Assembly: GCA_000091165.1 (NCBI GenBank)
Contig: FP565575.1
Location: 1,290,001 to 1,322,000 of the forward strand
Source of the DNA: Candidatus Methylomirabilis oxygeniifera
GTDB taxonomy: Bacteria > Methylomirabilota > Methylomirabilia > Methylomirabilales > Methylomirabilaceae
Direction: 5' to 3'
DNA: 32,000 nt
Shown one piece after another: positions 23,451 through 31,505 of the stretch. A model generated the notes under the pieces. The model made no database searches, had not been told where the DNA came from, and saw nothing but the letters and a program-made list of their open reading frames with translations. The first letter of the stretch is position 1, and each line of letters opens with the position of its first letter. Made by a program: the position numbers and the translations under genes.

Positions 23451-24892
23451 CCTACCTCCTCCAGTGCTTCTTCTACCCGACGATACACCGCCTCCCATCC
23501 CATCAACTCCATAATCGGAAAGATGGGGGGACTGACGGTTTTTCCCGACAGCGCAACCCTGAACGGCTGGGCCAGGTCGACCAGCTTCAGACCAAGGGCC
23601 GCCGCCCTCATTCGGAACAGCGACTCCAGAGTTGCCGCAGTAAGGGTTGGTAAGGCCTCGATCTCCGGTAAGAGCGCGCGGATCCTGGCCTTCGCCTCTC
23701 CCGACAGAATCTTCTGAGCCACAGCCTTATCGCGATCGATCTTGCCGTCGAAGACAAACCTGGACGATGACGCCAGCTCCGTCAGGGTCCTGGCCCGCTC
23801 CTGAAAGAGGCAGGCTACCTGATGCAACCAGGTCTCGTCTCTACCGACCAACTCTTCGTGACTCACGCCGGCCGCCTCCCAGAAAGGTCTGAGCAACGCC
23901 GTCAGCCGGTGTGGATCGGTACGCTTGATGTACTGGCCGTTCAGCCATTCGAGCTTGACCGGATCAAAGATCGCCGGGGTCGTGCCCACCTTCTCGATGC
24001 TGAAGTGTCTGGTCAACTCTTCCTGACTAAAGATCTCCTGGTCGCCATGAGACCAACCCAGTCGCGCCAGGTAGTTCACTACCGCCTCAGGCAGATAGCC
24101 CATCTGTTGATAGGCCAAGACCGACGTCGCGCCATGCCGCTTTGAGAGACGGGAACGATCGGGCCCCAGGATCATCGGGATATGAGCAAAGTGAGCGGTG
24201 GGGAGATCCAGCGCCCGGTAGAGGGCAATCTGACGCGGCGTATTGGAAATGTGGTCGTCACCCCTGATAACGTGCGTAATGCCCATCAGTACGTCATCGA
24301 CAACAACCGCGAAGTTGTACGTCGGCATCCCGTCGGAGCGAAGGAGGATAAAGTCGTCCAGATCGCTATACTCAAAGCGGATAGGGCCGTGAACGAGATC
24401 GGCAATCTCGATGCTCCCCTCCTCCTGGACCAGCAGGCGGACGGCGGCGCCTTTTCCACCCACTCCCGCTAAGTCGTTACCTCGCACACGGCAGCGGCCG
24501 TCGTACTTCGGCGAGGTGCCGGCCGCCAGCGCCGCCTTGCGCCGCGCGTCAAGCTCTTCCGGCGTGCAGGTACAGTAATACGCCTTCCCCTCATCCAGTA
24601 GCCGCTGCGCATAGTCCTGGTACAGCTTCAGGCGTTCGGCCTGTCGGTATGGCCCAGCCGGTCCTCCTACCTCTGGACCCTCGTCCCAGTCCAGCCCCAG
24701 CCAGCGGAGCGCTTCAAGGATTGTCGTCGTCGATTCATCCGTAGACCGTTCGGCGTCGGTATCTTCAATTCGAAGGATGAAGTCTCCGTTCTCATGGCGG
24801 GCGAACAGCCAGTTATAGAGGGCGGTTCTGGCCCCTCCGACGTGCAAATAGCCTGTTGGGCTTGGTGCAAATCTGACCCTGACCCTAGACAC
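23447..24892 (-). CDS. gltX: Glutamyl-tRNA synthetase
   Basis: 481 aa. It reads RVRFAPSPTGYLHVGGARTALYNWLFAR (HIGH-type motif HVGG), IEDTD, and RLSKRHG (KMSKS-type). The anticodon-binding C-domain is full length. Confidence 0.95.
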   Translation of the reverse strand: MSRVRVRFAPSPTGYLHVGGARTALYNWLFARHENGDFILRIEDTDAERSTDESTTTILEALRWLGLDWDEGPEVGGPAGPYRQAERLKLYQDYAQRLLDEGKAYYCTCTPEELDARRKAALAAGTSPKYDGRCRVRGNDLAGVGGKGAAVRLLVQEEGSIEIADLVHGPIRFEYSDLDDFILLRSDGMPTYNFAVVVDDVLMGITHVIRGDDHISNTPRQIALYRALDLPTAHFAHIPMILGPDRSRLSKRHGATSVLAYQQMGYLPEAVVNYLARLGWSHGDQEIFSQEELTRHFSIEKVGTTPAIFDPVKLEWLNGQYIKRTDPHRLTALLRPFWEAAGVSHEELVGRDETWLHQVACLFQERARTLTELASSSRFVFDGKIDRDKAVAQKILSGEAKARIRALLPEIEALPTLTAATLESLFRMRAAALGLKLVDLAQPFRVALSGKTVSPPIFPIMELMGWEAVYRRVEEALEEVG

Positions 24893-24903
24893 GACAATCC
24901 GTC

Positions 24904-25083
24904 CTATGGCTTCGACGACGGCCCAGCTTCCGCCTCGTCGATCAGCATAACGGGAATATCGTCCCGGATCGGATACCGCCGCCCGCAGGCGGTACAGACG
25001 ATCCTGACAGCCGGCTCGTCCAGCACCACCTCGGCCTTGCAGGCTGGACAGGCCAGGATTTCCAACAATTCCTTATCAATCAT
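24904..25083 (-). CDS. Trm112/YcaR (UPF0434) family small zinc-ribbon protein
   Basis: I prefer the ATG at 25083 (AAGGAG 6 nt upstream). The 59-aa protein is MIDKELLEILACPACKAEVVLDEPAVRIVCTACGRRYPIRDDIPVMLIDEA, with two CxxC pairs and the IPVML motif. Confidence 0.85.
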   Translation of the reverse strand: MIDKELLEILACPACKAEVVLDEPAVRIVCTACGRRYPIRDDIPVMLIDEAEAGPSSKP

Positions 25084-25166
25084 CTGCACTCCTTCTTTAC
25101 TCCCCATGTTAGGCCCTTATTTCCCCTCACTCTCATCGACCAGGCGACACCACTTACCTGCGGCTG

Positions 25167-25172
25167 ATTATA
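25167..25172 (-). promoter_or_regulatory. Candidate -10 box (perfect TATAAT) for the trm112-gltX-greA unit
   Basis: The minus strand reads TATAAT (revcomp of 25167-25172), about 80 nt upstream of the ATG at 25083. No convincing -35 is visible. Confidence 0.25.
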
Positions 25173-25256
25173 CACCAGAACATTGATTGGAACAGTATTC
25201 AGCTCCGGCGCCCAAGAATAAAGTTAGGAATCGTCATTGATCAGAAAATCTCCCGG

Positions 25257-25344
25257 GTCATTGCGAGGGAGCAAAGCGACCGAAGCAATCTCGCAGTGCA
25301 ACTACGATGAGATTGCCACGCTTCCTTCGGTCGCTCGCAATGAC
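25257..25344. repeat. 88-nt imperfect palindromic extragenic element (cattgcgag...ctcgcaatg type)
   Basis: There are three nested arms: GTCATTGCGAG/CTCGCAATGAC (11 bp, 25257-25267 with 25334-25344), GCGACCGAAG/CTTCCTTCGGTCGC, and CAATCTC/GAGATTG. It starts 10 nt after the rimI stop. I recall this palindrome class as a multi-copy repeat in various environmental bacterial genomes. Only one copy occurs in this window. Confidence 0.6.
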
Positions 25345-25354
25345 GGATACATAA

Positions 25355-25852
25355 TCACAGCGGCTGCCGGCGCATCACGATGGCATCTTCGCGCGGATGT
25401 TCGTAGTAGTTGCGGCGGCGGCCGATCGGCTGAAAGCCATAACACTTGTATAGCGCAGCAGCCGCCTCGTTCGATGCCCTTACTTCCAGATAGCCTACCG
25501 TGACACTCCTGGCATACGCTCGAACAAGCATCGCGTCCAGCAGTTGCGAGGCGATCCCACGACCTCGATAGCCTGGGTGTACGGCAAGATTATTGATATG
25601 TAACTCCCCGCTGACAATCCACGCGCACAAGAAACCCACGATTCGCTCTCCCGCACCGTCGTCCACTCGTGCCACAAGTGATTCGGCGATCTGCGTGGAG
25701 TTCAGTTCGTACACAAACATCTCCTCGGTCCACGGTTCGGCAAACGAGAGGCTCTCAATAACCAGGACCTCCGGCAGGTCTGCCCTCCGCATCGAATCGC
25801 ACGTAACTTCGAGTCTCGTCTTGTTCATCGTCATTGTACGGACCTGCGTCAA
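25355..25852 (-). CDS. rimI: Ribosomal-protein-alanine N-acetyltransferase (GNAT)
   Basis: The GNAT core reads IVGFLCAWIVSGELHINNLAVHPGYRGRGIASQLLDAML...LEVRASNEAAAALYKCYGF...YYEHPREDAIVM. It follows tsaB as in the canonical tsaB-rimI pair. The true start may be a downstream Met (MRRADLPEVL). Confidence 0.85.
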   Translation of the reverse strand: MTQVRTMTMNKTRLEVTCDSMRRADLPEVLVIESLSFAEPWTEEMFVYELNSTQIAESLVARVDDGAGERIVGFLCAWIVSGELHINNLAVHPGYRGRGIASQLLDAMLVRAYARSVTVGYLEVRASNEAAAALYKCYGFQPIGRRRNYYEHPREDAIVMRRQPL

Positions 25853-25856
25853 GGCG

Positions 25857-26561
25857 CTACGAAGTCACTGGGACGACTCTGTCAAGGCGTCGCAACTCCG
25901 CCTCGGACGGCCGCAGGTACTTGGGGGCCAAGTGTGCAAGATCCTCCCGATGGCCTTGCAGGAGGCGGCGGCGGCCGAGTTCTGCCACAGCAGCAGCGCG
26001 TCCTCCACACCCGGCAAGAGGGGGGAAGAGCGCCAACTCTTTCAGTTGAGATTGCACCAGACCTTCGTAGGATACCAGCCCGTCGCCCAGGAAGACGGTC
26101 GGCTCCTGGATCTGGCTGAACAGTCTCTCCGGCGCCACAGCCGTATCGTCCGTCAGGCGGATCAGCCGATCCTCTTCACAGCGAAACAGGGCACAGTAGA
26201 GTTCGCCTTTCCTGGCATCGAGGGTAGGACAGATCTGGTACGCGCAGAACGGCAGCGTCCATGCCATAGCTTCAAGGGTCGACACGCCGACAAGCGGTTG
26301 ACCTCCCGCAATCGCCAGGCCTTTGGCGGTGCTCAGCCCGATTCGCAAGCCTGTGAACGAGCCCGGACCGACAGCCACGGCGAGGCCTTCGACTTGGGGT
26401 AATGTGATCCCAGCATCCTGCAAGGCTCGATCGATTAATGGCAGCAGTCGCTCGCTGTAGGTCGCCTTGACATTCAGCGTATAGTCGCAAACCACTCCCT
26501 GCCCGGATACAAGGGCCACCCCGCCCCGCAGTGTCGACGTGTCGATCCCCATCACCAGCAT
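25857..26561 (-). CDS. tsaB: tRNA t6A37 biosynthesis protein TsaB (YeaZ)
   Basis: 234 aa. It reads MGIDTSTLRGGVALV...IAVAVGPGSFTGLRIGLSTAKGLA, a YeaZ/ASKHA fold signature. Confidence 0.88.
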   Translation of the reverse strand: MLVMGIDTSTLRGGVALVSGQGVVCDYTLNVKATYSERLLPLIDRALQDAGITLPQVEGLAVAVGPGSFTGLRIGLSTAKGLAIAGGQPLVGVSTLEAMAWTLPFCAYQICPTLDARKGELYCALFRCEEDRLIRLTDDTAVAPERLFSQIQEPTVFLGDGLVSYEGLVQSQLKELALFPPLAGCGGRAAAVAELGRRRLLQGHREDLAHLAPKYLRPSEAELRRLDRVVPVTS

Positions 26562-26613
26562 AATAATTTGACGATACTACAGACGGCATCTTCCGGCAAG
26601 GGCCTCAGCACAA

Positions 26614-27873
26614 TCAGATACCGGCACAAGAGACGTCCGCGACTATTCCTCCAGCCTGACTGGTCGGTCCTCCGGCTCGGACACGCAGCAGCAGGATGAG
26701 ACCGATGAGAAAAAACAATCCGACAGCAAGAATCGCCGCGCGCTGATTGCCTGCCATGGCGTACGATACTGCGCCAAAGACGAGAGGCCCGAGTATGGAC
26801 GCGGTCTTTCCGCAGAGGGCATAGCAACCGAAGAACTCCCCCTCTCGCCCCTTCGGGATGAGGCTGGCCATGAAGGTTCGACTCGCGGCCTGGATGGCGC
26901 CGAGACCGGACCCAGCGACGGCGGCAACGAGGTAAAACTGCCGTTGCGCCTCGACAAAATAGGCGGCGATCACCACACCGATCCAGAGAACCAACATGCA
27001 GAGCACAACGACCTTCGGCCCAAAGCGATCGGTGGGCTTTCCCCACAGGAAGGCTCCGACCAATGCTGTCGCCTGAACAAGGAGATACAGGCCGATCAAC
27101 TGCGCCATCCCAAAGCCAAGCGTCCTGGCCGCAAAGATCGAGGAGAAGAAGATGACCGTATTGACACCATCCTCGTACAACAGATAGGCGCCGAGAAAAC
27201 GCCGCAATTCGCGAAACGTGAGAACGTCCCTGACCGTCCGTGCGGTGCCAAGAATACTCTCGCGAACCACTTCAATAATCCCGACCCGGCCGCGCCGATC
27301 CTCCGGAAGGATCAGGAAGGCTGGGAGGGCAAAAAGTCCGAAGAGCGCTGCCGTTGAGAGAAAGCACCAGCCGAGGGCGCCTACCCTGACAAATGGGAGG
27401 GCTACGAGAAGCGCGACGATTGAGCCGGCGTAGCCGACCGCAAAGCCGTAGGCTGAGACGCGCCCCTGCCACTGCCGCGAGGCGATGTCCGGGAGATAGG
27501 CGTTATAGAAGACCAGCGCCCCTTCAAAGCCCACCATACCGAGGACGCCAAGCGCAAATCCCCGGAGAACCATCCCCTGCTCTACGGTCGCCATCAATGC
27601 GGTGGCACCGACGCTCAGGTAGGTGGCGGCACCGAAGACGCGCTTGCGGATTCCGGCCCGGTCGGCAATACCTCCCAGGATGGGGGAGATCAGCGCCACA
27701 ATGGCCATCGACATAGAGATCAGTCGTCCCCACCACAGATCGCCCTCCCCATGGACGTTGCCGACAACCACCTGGGCATAATAGGTCGCATAGATGGTTG
27801 CCGCGATGACCGCAGCAAAGGATGAGTTCGCAAAATCATACAGGGTCCAAGCGATTACCTGACGGCGATTCAT
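26614..27873 (-). CDS. MFS transporter (UMF1 / Atg22-like family)
   Basis: 419 aa with about 12 TM segments. The N-terminus IAWTLYDFANSSFAAVI is characteristic of the UMF1/Atg22-like MFS group. Its start overlaps the tsaE stop by 4 nt. Confidence 0.8.
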   Translation of the reverse strand: MNRRQVIAWTLYDFANSSFAAVIAATIYATYYAQVVVGNVHGEGDLWWGRLISMSMAIVALISPILGGIADRAGIRKRVFGAATYLSVGATALMATVEQGMVLRGFALGVLGMVGFEGALVFYNAYLPDIASRQWQGRVSAYGFAVGYAGSIVALLVALPFVRVGALGWCFLSTAALFGLFALPAFLILPEDRRGRVGIIEVVRESILGTARTVRDVLTFRELRRFLGAYLLYEDGVNTVIFFSSIFAARTLGFGMAQLIGLYLLVQATALVGAFLWGKPTDRFGPKVVVLCMLVLWIGVVIAAYFVEAQRQFYLVAAVAGSGLGAIQAASRTFMASLIPKGREGEFFGCYALCGKTASILGPLVFGAVSYAMAGNQRAAILAVGLFFLIGLILLLRVRAGGPTSQAGGIVADVSCAGI

Positions 27874-28376
27874 CGGGCCAGTGTCACATCACGCATCAGC
27901 TCACGAACCAACTTCACGTATCGATCACCGATCGGAACGATCTCGATCTCCCGCGTATCCGGTCCGGTATGCCGAAGTCTGAACGTCAGTATCTCCTTCG
28001 GCAAGTACCCCCATCCATGCTCAGCCCACTCGATCGCCGTCACACCATCTCGCTGCAGATACTCATCCAGCCCTAAATTGAGAAAGGCCTCGGGGGTCTC
28101 GATACGGTAGAGATCGATATGGTACAGGGGAAGACGGCCACGGTGGCAGTGTATGATGGTGAAGGTCGGACTGCTCACGTACGTCGCCGGGTCAATCTCG
28201 AGCCCACACGCTAATCCTCCGACAAAGAGGGTTTTGCCGGCCCCCAGCTCACCGATGAGCGCGATCACGTCGCCCACATCTGCGAGCCTGCCCACCGCTT
28301 CCCCCAGCGCGCGTGTCTGCTCCGGCGAGGCGGAGTGATACGTGGTCACTTTCTTTTGCTCAAACAAGCCAGTCAT
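27870..28376 (-). CDS. tsaE: tRNA t6A37 biosynthesis ATPase TsaE (YjeE)
   Basis: 168 aa. The P-loop is LIGELGAGKTLFVGGL, and SPTFTIIHCH and LYHIDLYR are present, which are the hallmark YjeE blocks. Confidence 0.88.
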   Translation of the reverse strand: MTGLFEQKKVTTYHSASPEQTRALGEAVGRLADVGDVIALIGELGAGKTLFVGGLACGLEIDPATYVSSPTFTIIHCHRGRLPLYHIDLYRIETPEAFLNLGLDEYLQRDGVTAIEWAEHGWGYLPKEILTFRLRHTGPDTREIEIVPIGDRYVKLVRELMRDVTLAR

Positions 28377-28381
28377 TGTCC

Positions 28382-28471
28382 GGAAAGCCCCTCGACCGAG
28401 CCCCCCCTTGCCCCCCCTTTACAAAAGGGGGGTGTGGGGGGTTTTCCCGGAGGTGAAAGGTCCGGGCTTTC
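28382..28471. repeat. G/C-tract palindromic extragenic element, copy 1
   Basis: The core is at 28401-28441: CCCCCC-ttg-CCCCCC(C)TTT-aca-AAAGGGGGG-tgt-GGGGGG. The outer arms GAAAGCCC (28383-28390) and GGGCTTTC (28464-28471) enclose it. It fills the whole nnr-tsaE spacer. Confidence 0.65.
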
Positions 28472-30071
28472 ATGCCCGTGGATGAACCTCCCGCTTCTGA
28501 GCTGGATCATGGGATTTCAGTTGTCGAATGGCCTCCGGGATCTGCGCCATCAGATCGGAAGCCACCATCGCCTCCTGGCCGACCGCCTCGGCCGCCAGAT
28601 CCCCGGCCACGCCGTGCAGGTAGACTGCGGCCTTCGCCGCCATATCGGCATCCACGCCCTGGGCGAGGAGACCGGCGATCAGCCCCGTCAATACGTCACC
28701 GGTTCCGCCCGTCGCCATCCCCGCGTTCCCGGTCATGTTGATTGCTACGCGACCCTCCGGAGTCGCAATCAGGGTACGGGCGCCCTTCAATACCAGGTAC
28801 ACACCGAAGCTCGTCGCGACCTTCTGCGCAATCGGGATCCGGTTCCTGACTATCTCATCACGGTCGATGCCGAGCAAACGGGCAAGCTCTCCGGGATGGG
28901 GGGTGAGGATCGGCGGAAGCGCAAGATTACGCAACACTTCCAGATTCGGTCCAAGCGCGTTGATTCCATCGGCATCGACCACGATTTGCGCCTTAACGGT
29001 ATTCAAGACGGCTCGGACCAGCTCAGCGGTCTCAGGATGAATCGAGAGCCCCGGACCGATCGCCACCACTCGTTTGCCCTTCACCAGCTCCAAAACCCTG
29101 TCCAGGGCGGCAAAGGCCACCGTCCGCTCCCCGGTCTCAGGGAGCGGTTCAGTCATGACTTCCGTGAGCTTCGCCTCCATTGCGTCATTCAGGCTCTCCG
29201 GCAACGCCAGCGTAACTAACCCCGCGCCGATTCGGAGCGTCGAGAACGCGCACATCGCCGCCGCGCCGGTCTTACCAGGCGAGCCCGCCACGACCAACGC
29301 GTGACCATAGGTCCCTTTGTGGGCATTCGGGTCGCGTCGCGGAAGCGCGTCGACAACGTCCCTGGTCTCCACAAGCGACACATCAAGGATCGGATCGATG
29401 AGCAGCGGCCTCGGCAGACCGATATCCACCGTCACGACCCGACCGGCATATGAGGCCGCCGGATACAGGATCACACACCGCTTGGGCAGGCCGAAGGTGA
29501 CGGTGAGGTTCGCGTTAATGCTCGGTCCAGGAATGTTCCCTTCATCACTATTCAGGCCGGATGGGATATCGAGGGCCACAATCGGTCTGCCGGCTTGGTT
29601 GAGCAGTTCAATGGCTTCGACGAAAAGGTCTTTCGCGGGCCCGGTCGTCCCGGTTCCCAGGATGGCATCCACGACGACATCGGCGTCTTCGATTGCGCTT
29701 CTTCTCGCCTCAAGCGCCTGGCCGGTCGTCACTTCATAGATCGGTACGCCGCATTTTTGAATAATGTCGAGATTCGTCCTGGCGTCCCCTTTCACATCCG
29801 CCTGGCGAGCCAGCAGCAATACCGTGACCGCGATCTCGCGGTTGAAAAGGTGGCGGGCTACGACGAACCCATCGCCGCCGTTGTTGCCCTTGCCGCAGAC
29901 AATGACGACACGGCATTGGCGCAGGTGCGGAAACGCGCGCTCCAGCTCCAGTACCGCCTGAAGTCCAGCGTTCTCCATCAACAGCAGCGACGGGATACCG
30001 TACTCCTCCGTCGCCCGTCGATCGAGCTCGCGCATCTGAGTCGCCGTCACCACGTTTACGGCCATCGCCAC
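28470..30071 (-). CDS. nnr: Bifunctional NAD(P)H-hydrate repair enzyme Nnr (epimerase + ADP-dependent dehydratase, YjeF)
   Basis: 533 aa. The N-terminal YjeF_N domain reads LMENAG...VVIVCGKGNNGGDGFVVARHL...DAILGTG. The C-terminal carbohydrate-kinase-like domain reads KGTYGHALVVAGSPGKTGAAAM...GNAGMATGGTGDVLTG. Confidence 0.92.
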   Translation of the reverse strand: MAMAVNVVTATQMRELDRRATEEYGIPSLLLMENAGLQAVLELERAFPHLRQCRVVIVCGKGNNGGDGFVVARHLFNREIAVTVLLLARQADVKGDARTNLDIIQKCGVPIYEVTTGQALEARRSAIEDADVVVDAILGTGTTGPAKDLFVEAIELLNQAGRPIVALDIPSGLNSDEGNIPGPSINANLTVTFGLPKRCVILYPAASYAGRVVTVDIGLPRPLLIDPILDVSLVETRDVVDALPRRDPNAHKGTYGHALVVAGSPGKTGAAAMCAFSTLRIGAGLVTLALPESLNDAMEAKLTEVMTEPLPETGERTVAFAALDRVLELVKGKRVVAIGPGLSIHPETAELVRAVLNTVKAQIVVDADGINALGPNLEVLRNLALPPILTPHPGELARLLGIDRDEIVRNRIPIAQKVATSFGVYLVLKGARTLIATPEGRVAINMTGNAGMATGGTGDVLTGLIAGLLAQGVDADMAAKAAVYLHGVAGDLAAEAVGQEAMVASDLMAQIPEAIRQLKSHDPAQKREVHPRA

Positions 30072-30089
30072 CTCCTCGCCACGCGCATC

Positions 30090-30473
30090 CTATCTGCCGT
30101 CAGTGGCTACAACACAGGCCATCGCATAATCGCCATCATGCGTAAGCGTGACAAGCATCTGCGTGATCCCCAGGCAGGCCGCAACGTCCCGGGCACGACC
30201 CGAAAGGACGACGCTCGACGGCTCACGCCCGCCCCCAACGATCTCCACATCCTGCCACACCACCCCCTGCCCCCATCCTGTACGAAGCGCCTTAAAGGCC
30301 GCCTCCTTCGCCGCAAAACGGGCCGCGAGGTGACGCCCTGGCGATCGATAGTGTCTCAAGCGCGCCTGTTCCGCCCCGGTAAAAAGGCGATTCAGCAGGC
30401 GAGCGCCGTGACGTGTGGCGGCCTGCTCAAATCGACTGATCTGAACCAGGTCAATTCCGATCCCGATCACCAT
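30090..30473 (-). CDS. acpS: Holo-[acyl-carrier-protein] synthase
   Basis: I prefer the ATG at 30473. The 127-aa protein reads MVIGIGIDLVQISRF...FAAKEAAFKAL...SLTHDGDYAMA, the canonical AcpS blocks. Confidence 0.9.
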   Translation of the reverse strand: MVIGIGIDLVQISRFEQAATRHGARLLNRLFTGAEQARLRHYRSPGRHLAARFAAKEAAFKALRTGWGQGVVWQDVEIVGGGREPSSVVLSGRARDVAACLGITQMLVTLTHDGDYAMACVVATDGR

Positions 30474-30486
30474 CTCGCACCCACGA

Positions 30487-30530
30487 AATCCCCCCAACCC
30501 CCCTTTGGTAAAGGGGGACCAGGGAGGATT
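30487..30530. repeat. G/C-tract palindromic extragenic element, copy 2
   Basis: AAT-CCCCCC-aa-CCCCCCTTT-ggt-AAAGGGGG-acca-GGGAGG-ATT. The design is the same as at 28401-28441 and it fills the pdxJ-acpS spacer. Confidence 0.65.
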
Positions 30531-31259
30531 TTACCTCGCACGGTCCGCGCCCATGGCTGCCAGCATCTCGCGGATCGCTCGCTCCATGCCTACAAGAACA
30601 GCCCTCGCGATAATACTGTGCCCAATGCTCAACTCCTCCACCTCCGGGATCGCTGCGATCGACCCGACATTGCGATAGTCCAGACCATGCCCGGCATTAA
30701 TCCGAAGATCCAACTCCCTTCCCGCTGTCACCGACTGAATGAGACGGGTCAACTCCGACTCCTGGGCCTTACGACCCTTTGCCTCCGCATACGATCCGGT
30801 GTGAAGCTCGACGAAGTCGGCACCGGCGCGTGCAGCAGCCGCTACCTGGTGGTGTTCCGGGTCGATAAAGAGACTGACCGCGATGCCGCCCTCACGCAAG
30901 CGGCGTACGGCCCGGCCCACGTCATCGATGTGTCCGTGGACATCCAGCCCGCCTTCAGTGGTCAGCTCCTCACGTCGCTCCGGGACGAGCGTCGCCATCT
31001 CCGGCTTCAGTGCCAGGGCGATCTCGATCATCTCTTCCGTGACGGCCATCTCCAGGTTCAGCTTCGTCTTGACCAGCCGCCGGAGGAGTTCAACATCCCG
31101 ATCCTGGATATGTCGTCGGTCCTCACGCAGGTGCACAGTGATTCCGGATGCGCCGGCCGATTCGGCAAACAGCGCCGCCTGTACCGGATCAGGCTCCACA
31201 CCCCGTCTTGACTGCCTAATCGTCGCGATATGATCGACGTTCACACATAACCCAACCAT
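30531..31259 (-). CDS. pdxJ: Pyridoxine 5'-phosphate synthase
   Basis: I prefer the ATG at 31259 (GAGGTG 6 nt upstream). The sequence reads [26 protein letters not shown]...[12 protein letters not shown]...VELHTGSYA...INAGHGL...[11 protein letters not shown], the canonical PdxJ blocks. Confidence 0.93.
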   Translation of the reverse strand: MVGLCVNVDHIATIRQSRRGVEPDPVQAALFAESAGASGITVHLREDRRHIQDRDVELLRRLVKTKLNLEMAVTEEMIEIALALKPEMATLVPERREELTTEGGLDVHGHIDDVGRAVRRLREGGIAVSLFIDPEHHQVAAAARAGADFVELHTGSYAEAKGRKAQESELTRLIQSVTAGRELDLRINAGHGLDYRNVGSIAAIPEVEELSIGHSIIARAVLVGMERAIREMLAAMGADRAR

Positions 31260-31505
31260 CGCTCGCACCTCATACTTCGTACCCCACACCTCAAAACCGG
31301 GTCCAGGGTCTAGGGTTTAGGGTAGGAAAGCAACAGGGTGTGGGCGGAGGCGTGCGACGCGTCGTCGTCGGCAGGCGCAGCATGGACAGCGTAGCCTGCC
31401 GGCGCCGATTCGAGCCGGACATGGACGTCCGGCGAGATTAAGCGGAGCACGTCGCCGTCCATACCATAACACCACACACCTCATACTCCACACCTCGCAC
31501 CTCTT

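Noticed and set aside
29595-31211. 538-aa plus-strand ORF, the longest in the track. Similar long plus-strand ORFs are 28335-29219, 25593-26402, 14331-15086, 1468-2208 and 21940-22590.
   Set aside because: Each lies antisense to minus-strand genes with unmistakable family motifs (nnr, acpS, pdxJ, tsaB, gpgS, the CaCA gene, the phosphohexomutase). Their translations are Arg/Pro/Ser-rich and low in complexity, with no recognisable motifs. That is typical of shadow ORFs in GC-rich DNA.
31311-31326. A telomere-like run, tagggtttagggtagg.
   Set aside because: There are only two and a half units inside a bacterial intergenic spacer. There is no array and no terminal position. It is most likely coincidental.
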